DNA of 32,000 bases, taken from Psychrobacter sp. DM4 (GTDB taxonomy: Bacteria > Pseudomonadota > Gammaproteobacteria > Pseudomonadales > Moraxellaceae). The DNA lies in NCBI RefSeq assembly GCF_051307035.1, contig NZ_CP195536.1, positions 840,001-872,000 on the forward strand, in the 5' to 3' direction. Below are positions 27,286-32,000 of this stretch, piece after piece. The notes below the pieces were generated by a model. The model worked only from the letters and a program-made list of their open reading frames with translations. It did no database searches and was not told where the DNA came from. The stretch's first letter is position 1. Every line of letters starts with the position of its first letter. Made by a program: the position numbers and the translations under genes.

Positions 27286-28257
27286 ATGAAATCAGCATCA
27301 AAAGTAGTCGGGTTATCAGTGTTATTGGGCGCTATCTTAGTGATCAGCGCTTGTAGCGATCCTGTGCAAAGTGCTAATAATGATAACCGTGCTACAGATG
27401 TTGACAGCAGTACTGAGGTTTTGCCTGATGACGGTACAATATTATCTAACGAATCAACACAGTCTGAAAACACTCAATTAAGCGCAGACGATAAGATGAT
27501 CAATACTTTGATTCGATATCGCTGGGTTTTGGTAGATGCTTTGGATGATAAAGGCCAGCCTTTGCCCTTATTGACAGATATCAAGGAGCAGGTCACGACC
27601 TCATTTAATCAGCGACAAAGCAAAAATATTCTGAATTATAGTGTCGGCTGCAATACCATGAGTGCAGGTTATGAGCTCAAGGGTGATACGCTCGCGATTG
27701 ACAATAGTATGAGCACTAAAATGTCGTGCAAAGATCTAGATTTGGTTGAGAACCGCTTAAACGCGCTCATGCAAGGGGTGAGTCAAGTAGAATTTATAGA
27801 CAATGAGGACAGCCCGACACTGACTCAAACTACTGATAACGCGGTGACTCTATTTTGGCGTGGCAAACTGACCGCAAAAGCAAAATACGGTAGCAAAGGC
27901 GAAACCGTATTTTGGGCTATTGATGCGCAAAGTACGCCTTGTACCAGTGATAGCAAACAGATGTGCTTACAAGTTAGACCTATTGTTTATAACGATCAAG
28001 GTATAAAGGTGCATGAAGGTAAACGAGTAGCGTTCGCAGGCAGAATTGATGGGTATGAGCACGATGAGAACTTTGAGCAAGTGCTACGTATGCATCGATA
28101 TCCATTGAATCCTTCAAATAAGTTGAATAGTGGCAATGATCAGGATAGTACTCAAAAAGACGCCAAAAATAATGTTCAAGATAGTAATCTAGAATCATCT
28201 AGTGATGACTATGCCTACGTACTTGACACTATCGTTGAACAAACTTCAGTACAGTAA
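27286..28257 (+). CDS. Predicted lipoprotein with META (HslJ-like) domain and an additional C-terminal domain
   Basis: Signal peptide with lipobox VISAC. A polar linker is followed by a META-like core (RYRWVLVD ... YSVGCNTMSAGYELKGDTLAI ... MSTKMSC). The C-terminal region CLQVRPIVYNDQGIKVHEG...IDGYEHDENFEQVLRMHRY resembles domains often fused to META; a DUF4377-like assignment is tentative. Confidence 0.75.
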   Translation: MKSASKVVGLSVLLGAILVISACSDPVQSANNDNRATDVDSSTEVLPDDGTILSNESTQSENTQLSADDKMINTLIRYRWVLVDALDDKGQPLPLLTDIKEQVTTSFNQRQSKNILNYSVGCNTMSAGYELKGDTLAIDNSMSTKMSCKDLDLVENRLNALMQGVSQVEFIDNEDSPTLTQTTDNAVTLFWRGKLTAKAKYGSKGETVFWAIDAQSTPCTSDSKQMCLQVRPIVYNDQGIKVHEGKRVAFAGRIDGYEHDENFEQVLRMHRYPLNPSNKLNSGNDQDSTQKDAKNNVQDSNLESSSDDYAYVLDTIVEQTSVQ

Positions 28258-28266
28258 TCACATAAG

Positions 28267-28851
28267 CTAACGGATATTACCTAAATCCTCTTCTGTAAGG
28301 CGCCAACGGCCTTTTTTCTTAGAGCTACCTCGTCCGCGCAGCGCACTATTTAGTATGAGCTTGTTCATAGAATGACTTGAATGAGCATGACAAATCGCAC
28401 AGGCTAGACCATCAGCAGCGTCTTGCTGCGGTACAACATCTAACGACAGTATACGGCAGACCATCTCTTGTACTTGCTCTTTGGCTGCAGCGCCATAACC
28501 GCAAACAGCTTGTTTGATTTGGCGCGCAGTGTACTCTGAAACTTCTAAATCTAGCGCTACCATAGCTGCAATAGCTGCGCCGCGAGCTTGACCTAGTTTT
28601 AGCGCTGAGTCTGGGTTCTCTGCCATAAATACTTGCTCAATAGCAGTATAAATGGGCTCATTAGCATATTTTATATGATATTGGGTAATGCGGGTTAAGC
28701 CATTAAAGATACGTTTTAGACGTTCAGGCATCTCTTTGGTATCGGTACGAATGGTTCCAGCATCGATAAAAGTCAGTTTGTCTCCAGTCTGCTGGACGAT
28801 ACCATAACCTGTCATGCGAGAGCCTGGATCTATTCCGATAATAATTGCCAT
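28267..28851 (-). CDS. ruvC: Crossover junction endodeoxyribonuclease RuvC
   Basis: [17 protein letters not shown] start, with the catalytic acidic residue pattern (IDPG ... AIEQVF ... [12 protein letters not shown]). Confidence 0.95.
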   Translation of the reverse strand: MAIIIGIDPGSRMTGYGIVQQTGDKLTFIDAGTIRTDTKEMPERLKRIFNGLTRITQYHIKYANEPIYTAIEQVFMAENPDSALKLGQARGAAIAAMVALDLEVSEYTARQIKQAVCGYGAAAKEQVQEMVCRILSLDVVPQQDAADGLACAICHAHSSHSMNKLILNSALRGRGSSKKKGRWRLTEEDLGNIR

Positions 28852-29046
28852 AAGGGTCCATTTTTATACTAGAGCATGTTTAGTCCGCTCTACATATATT
28901 TTGATTGATCGCTTAAAAAAGAGCTGCAAGTTTGCAAGTAGCAGTAAGTTTGATAGTATAGCAAGCCATCCCCATATACATCATACGCTAACCATTTTAA
29001 TTTACATATTGCTTAAATCTTAAGTTTAATTATAGGACGACATTTT

Positions 29047-29682
29047 ATGGGTCAGATAGTTGGTATCGCCATTGTTTGGTTTATTATTGAGATGCTCATA
29101 TGGTATCTAATAGCGCAAACGATTAGCGGCTGGTGGGTGTTTATGTGGTTTATCATCGCCGCTGTTATCGGTATTAGCCTCATTCGTAAAGGTATGGCTG
29201 CTCTAAATCCTATGGCACAGCAGATGAAAGCGGGCGGTATGATGAGCCCCTCAATGCGTCCGCAAGAGGCTACTATGCTAAAAAGCATAGCCATGGCTGC
29301 GGCTGGTATATTATTATTGATACCAGGGGTTATTAGTGATTTGATGGCGCTATTGGTTGTGTTGCCGCCTGTCCAAAAGAAGTTAAAAGATGTCGCTAAT
29401 ACTTACGTGATGAACAATCAGCAAAAAATGATGGAGATGATGGCCAAACAAATGGGTGGTCAAAGCCCATTCGGTGGACCAGGCGGTATGAATAATCAGA
29501 ATCCATTTGGCGGCGCTAGCGGTATGGGTAACCAAAATCCATTTGGCCAGCAGCAAAGCCCTTTTGGTCAACAACAAAATCCATTCGGTGATGCTTTTAA
29601 GCAGCATACTACAATCGATGGCACTGCCAAAAATATTCCTAAAGATGTCAAAAAAATCACCAAATCTGCTAATGACGAATAG
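29047..29682 (+). CDS. fxsA: FxsA-family inner-membrane protein with extended Q/N/G-rich PFG-repeat C-terminal tail
   Basis: The N-terminal half has the FxsA/UPF0716 pattern: two TM helices, then AAGILLLIPGVISDLMALLVVLPPVQKKL. The C-terminal ~75 aa carry five (Q/N)(S/N)PFG repeats. Confidence 0.85.
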   Translation: MGQIVGIAIVWFIIEMLIWYLIAQTISGWWVFMWFIIAAVIGISLIRKGMAALNPMAQQMKAGGMMSPSMRPQEATMLKSIAMAAAGILLLIPGVISDLMALLVVLPPVQKKLKDVANTYVMNNQQKMMEMMAKQMGGQSPFGGPGGMNNQNPFGGASGMGNQNPFGQQQSPFGQQQNPFGDAFKQHTTIDGTAKNIPKDVKKITKSANDE

Positions 29683-29731
29683 CAGTCAAAGCGCGGTCAG
29701 CATAAACAAAAGCTAATCATTTAGCTTATCC

Positions 29732-29771
29732 AAAAAAAGCCCCTATCTTTTATAAGATAGGGGCTTTTGCA
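29732..29771. terminator. Strong bidirectional rho-independent terminator
   Basis: AAAAAAA-GCCCCTATCTT-TTAT-AAGATAGGGGC-TTTTGC is a perfect 11-bp stem (29739-29764). The T-run on the plus strand serves fxsA. The 7-nt T-run on the minus strand faces the 29814-30215 ORF. Confidence 0.88.
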
Positions 29772-29813
29772 TTTTTACTAATACTGATTGGTCGTATGAC
29801 TCTCAATAGCATG

Positions 29814-30215
29814 TCAGCTAAGTGACAAGTCATAGTAACCGTATAAAACAACCGAAGTGTCGCCGTAAGATGGTGACCCATGAACCGTGAAGTTCAGGGC
29901 GGATACGTCATTATCTCTGCAGGTTTCCTGAGACACCGCAAGCGATGCAGGCATACACAATGAGATAATAGATAGCGCATCCTGGTAAAGCATTATCGGC
30001 TCAGGGAATAAACATCTACTAGCCAACACTTCAGAATATAATAATAGTAACCAATGGATTAGGGGAATGCAAGAGTGATTTACAGTTTGATACGTAGCTT
30101 TGACAGTACCGATATCTAAGTACATATAAGTGAATAGATGATTTCTTACAGACTCGTCTATCTCATAGGCGCATCTGTTATCGTGTAAAGAATGCTCAGT
30201 TTTCAAGTATTTCAA
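29814..30215 (-). CDS. Orphan hypothetical protein (133 codons from TTG, or 103 from ATG 30125); coding status uncertain
   Basis: This is the only long ORF in a ~600-bp gap and has no gene on the opposite strand. An open frame of 133 codons is improbable by chance at ~40% G+C. It ends 49 nt before the minus-strand-competent terminator. Against coding: no Shine-Dalgarno sequence, a TTG start, several AGA/ATA rare codons, and no family I recognise. Confidence 0.35.
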   Translation of the reverse strand: MKYLKTEHSLHDNRCAYEIDESVRNHLFTYMYLDIGTVKATYQTVNHSCIPLIHWLLLLYSEVLASRCLFPEPIMLYQDALSIISLCMPASLAVSQETCRDNDVSALNFTVHGSPSYGDTSVVLYGYYDLSLS

Positions 30216-30286
30216 GATGTATGGTAATATATAGGGCTTTTAGTACCCTAAATATCGGCGTTCATTCACTTGAGGAGCGGTAATCT

Positions 30287-31942
30287 ATGAGCAATATGCA
30301 CACGCAATCGCAGACCCAGCCTATGTCTACTGATGATAAGCAGACAAAAACTGGCAATCAGAAAAACAAAAAAATACCCCATGTTTTGATGATTTTGGAT
30401 GGTTTTGGTCATCGTGAAGAGGATGATGACAATGCGATAGCTGCCGCGAATACGCCACATTTAGATAGCATTTACCAGCGTTATCCTCATGGACTCATAT
30501 CTGCCTCTGGCGAAGATGTTGGCTTGCCAGATGGTCAGTTTGGCAACTCTGAGGTAGGTCATATGAATCTAGGCGCAGGGCGTGTGCTATATCAAGATTC
30601 AACGCGCATCTCAAGCGAGCTTGCCAATCGCGAATTTTACAAAAACGAAGCTTTGGTTAACGCGGTCAATGCTGCTAACGAGCTTGGCGGTAATGTACAT
30701 ATCATGGGTTTGATCTCTGATGGCGGTGTACATTCGCATCAAGACCATATTGAAGGCATGTGTCACTCAGCTCTCGTTCACGGTGCCAAAAATGTCTTTG
30801 TTCATTGTTTTTTGGATGGACGAGATACGCCGCCTAAGTCTGCTGATAAGTACATCAATCGTCTGCGTGAGTATCTAAATCAGCTAAATGCCCATTATGA
30901 GGGCCGCGTACAGATTGCTAGTATCGTAGGTCGCTATTTCGCTATGGATCGCGATAATCGCTGGGATCGAGTGCAAAAGGCTTATGAGCTGATTACCCAA
31001 GGTAAAGCCGATCGTATGTCGACACGCGCAGATGGCGCAGTGCAAGCGGCGTATAAGTCGCGAGAAACAGATGAGTTCATTAGTCCAACGACGGTCATTG
31101 AGCATGGTGAAACGCCCTTTACCGTTGATGATAACGATGCTGTAATCTTTATGAATTTTCGAGCGGATCGCGCGCGTGAGCTGGCTCAAGCCTTTATATT
31201 ACCGGATCACGAATTCTCAGGTTTTGCCCGTCAAAAGCAGCCAAAACTGGCAGCCTTTGTCATGTTAACTAAGTACTCAGATGAGTTGGAAAAAAGCCCA
31301 AAAACGAGTATCGCCTATTATCCGACCTCACTAAATAATACATTGGGTGAGTTTTTGCAAGATCAGAACAAGACCCAGTTACGTATTGCTGAGACTGAGA
31401 AGTATGCTCATGTGACCTTCTTTTTCAGTGGTGGTCGCGAAGCTGAGTACGAAGGTGAGACGCGTATTTTAGTACCATCACCAGACGTAGCCACTTATGA
31501 CCTGCAACCTGAGATGAGTGCACCTGAGCTTACGGATAAACTCGTTGCAGCTATTGAATCAGGCGCTCACGATGTCCTCATTGTCAACTACGCTAACGGC
31601 GACATGGTCGGGCATACTGGCAATTTCGCTGCAGCTGTGCAAGCGGTCGAAGCCTTAGATGAATGCGTAGGCCGTGTTGAGAATGCGGTACGCGCTGCAA
31701 AGGGTCACATGCTCATCACCGCAGACCATGGCAACTGTGAGCAGATGCATGATTATGATAGCGGACAAGTACATACGCAGCATACGACAGAGTTTGTTCC
31801 TTTAATCTACATCGGCGAGCAGCCTGTACAAGTACGTAGCCTAGGTAAGCTGAGCGATGTTGCTCCTACTATTTTGGCGTTGATGGATATGGTGCCACCA
31901 GGTGAGATGACAGGTGAAAGTCTATTAATCAAAGCATCATAA
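30287..31942 (+). CDS. gpmI: 2,3-bisphosphoglycerate-independent phosphoglycerate mutase
   Basis: [36 protein letters not shown] and ADHGNCE motifs. GAGGAG lies 9 nt before the ATG. The ~25-aa Q/T/K-rich N-terminal extension could be avoided by starting at ATG 30323. Confidence 0.95.
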   Translation: MSNMHTQSQTQPMSTDDKQTKTGNQKNKKIPHVLMILDGFGHREEDDDNAIAAANTPHLDSIYQRYPHGLISASGEDVGLPDGQFGNSEVGHMNLGAGRVLYQDSTRISSELANREFYKNEALVNAVNAANELGGNVHIMGLISDGGVHSHQDHIEGMCHSALVHGAKNVFVHCFLDGRDTPPKSADKYINRLREYLNQLNAHYEGRVQIASIVGRYFAMDRDNRWDRVQKAYELITQGKADRMSTRADGAVQAAYKSRETDEFISPTTVIEHGETPFTVDDNDAVIFMNFRADRARELAQAFILPDHEFSGFARQKQPKLAAFVMLTKYSDELEKSPKTSIAYYPTSLNNTLGEFLQDQNKTQLRIAETEKYAHVTFFFSGGREAEYEGETRILVPSPDVATYDLQPEMSAPELTDKLVAAIESGAHDVLIVNYANGDMVGHTGNFAAAVQAVEALDECVGRVENAVRAAKGHMLITADHGNCEQMHDYDSGQVHTQHTTEFVPLIYIGEQPVQVRSLGKLSDVAPTILALMDMVPPGEMTGESLLIKAS

Positions 31943-32000
31943 TATTTAATATTATTGTTGTGATTTTCTTCAGGATGTCGCAGGCTACAATGACGATCAT

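Noticed and set aside
28258-28266. Convergent META-lipoprotein and ruvC genes separated by only 9 bp, with no terminator.
   Set aside because: Tight convergent spacing without a hairpin is common. There is nothing further to interpret from the sequence alone.
28852-29046. GCAAGT/GTAAGT direct repeats (about 28925-28955) in the ruvC/fxsA divergent spacer, considered as a possible SOS (LexA) box.
   Set aside because: There is no CTGT-N8-ACAG-type palindrome. The repeats are short (6 bp) and imperfect, which is compatible with chance in AT-rich promoter DNA.
29776-30270. The possibility that the fxsA-gpmI gap encodes RNase P RNA, tmRNA, SRP RNA or a group II intron fragment.
   Set aside because: I read both strands for these conserved strings: GAGGAAAGTCCGGGCTC and ACAGAACCCGGCTTA (RNase P), GGGGCTGATT...TCCACCA (tmRNA), the SRP GGAA/AGCA loop context, and GTGCG...domain V AGC/GNRA hairpin. 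None is present. Only generic short hairpins were found.

Overview
This looks like a chromosomal core region of a gammaproteobacterium. The gene order (yibN-like/grxC/secB; rsgA<>orn; lpxH-ppi<>glnS; trpS-scpA-scpB; rplM-rpsI), the mid-40s % G+C and the frequent low-complexity protein extensions suggest Moraxellaceae, possibly Psychrobacter. That assignment is inference only. I support 32 CDS, almost all housekeeping. They are the tail of a polysaccharide locus (sugar phosphotransferase and DegT-type aminotransferase), scpB, scpA, trpS, lpxL, rpsI, rplM, rsmD, PBP2, a DUF445-like membrane protein, ccmFGHI, adk, secB, grxC, a rhodanese, rsgA, orn, lpxH, a cyclophilin lipoprotein, glnS, a 1-Cys peroxiredoxin, a GST, a META-domain lipoprotein, ruvC, fxsA and gpmI. 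I found no rRNA, tRNA, CRISPR array, transposase, integrase or prophage genes. I do not see a convincing multi-gene novel system. The best leads are: (1) a low-GC orphan single-HKD (PLD-family) nuclease-like gene with a putative winged-helix tail, downstream of glnS; (2) an unexplained ~0.5 kb segment between fxsA and gpmI, with a statistically unlikely open 133-codon orphan ORF on the minus strand that runs into a strong bidirectional terminator; (3) a 117-bp MITE/REP-like palindromic element between scpA and scpB whose terminal inverted repeat supplies the scpA stop codon. Several smaller repeats and hairpins are listed separately. Several ORF-track N-termini begin at TTG or GTG codons and were trimmed to better-supported ATG starts.
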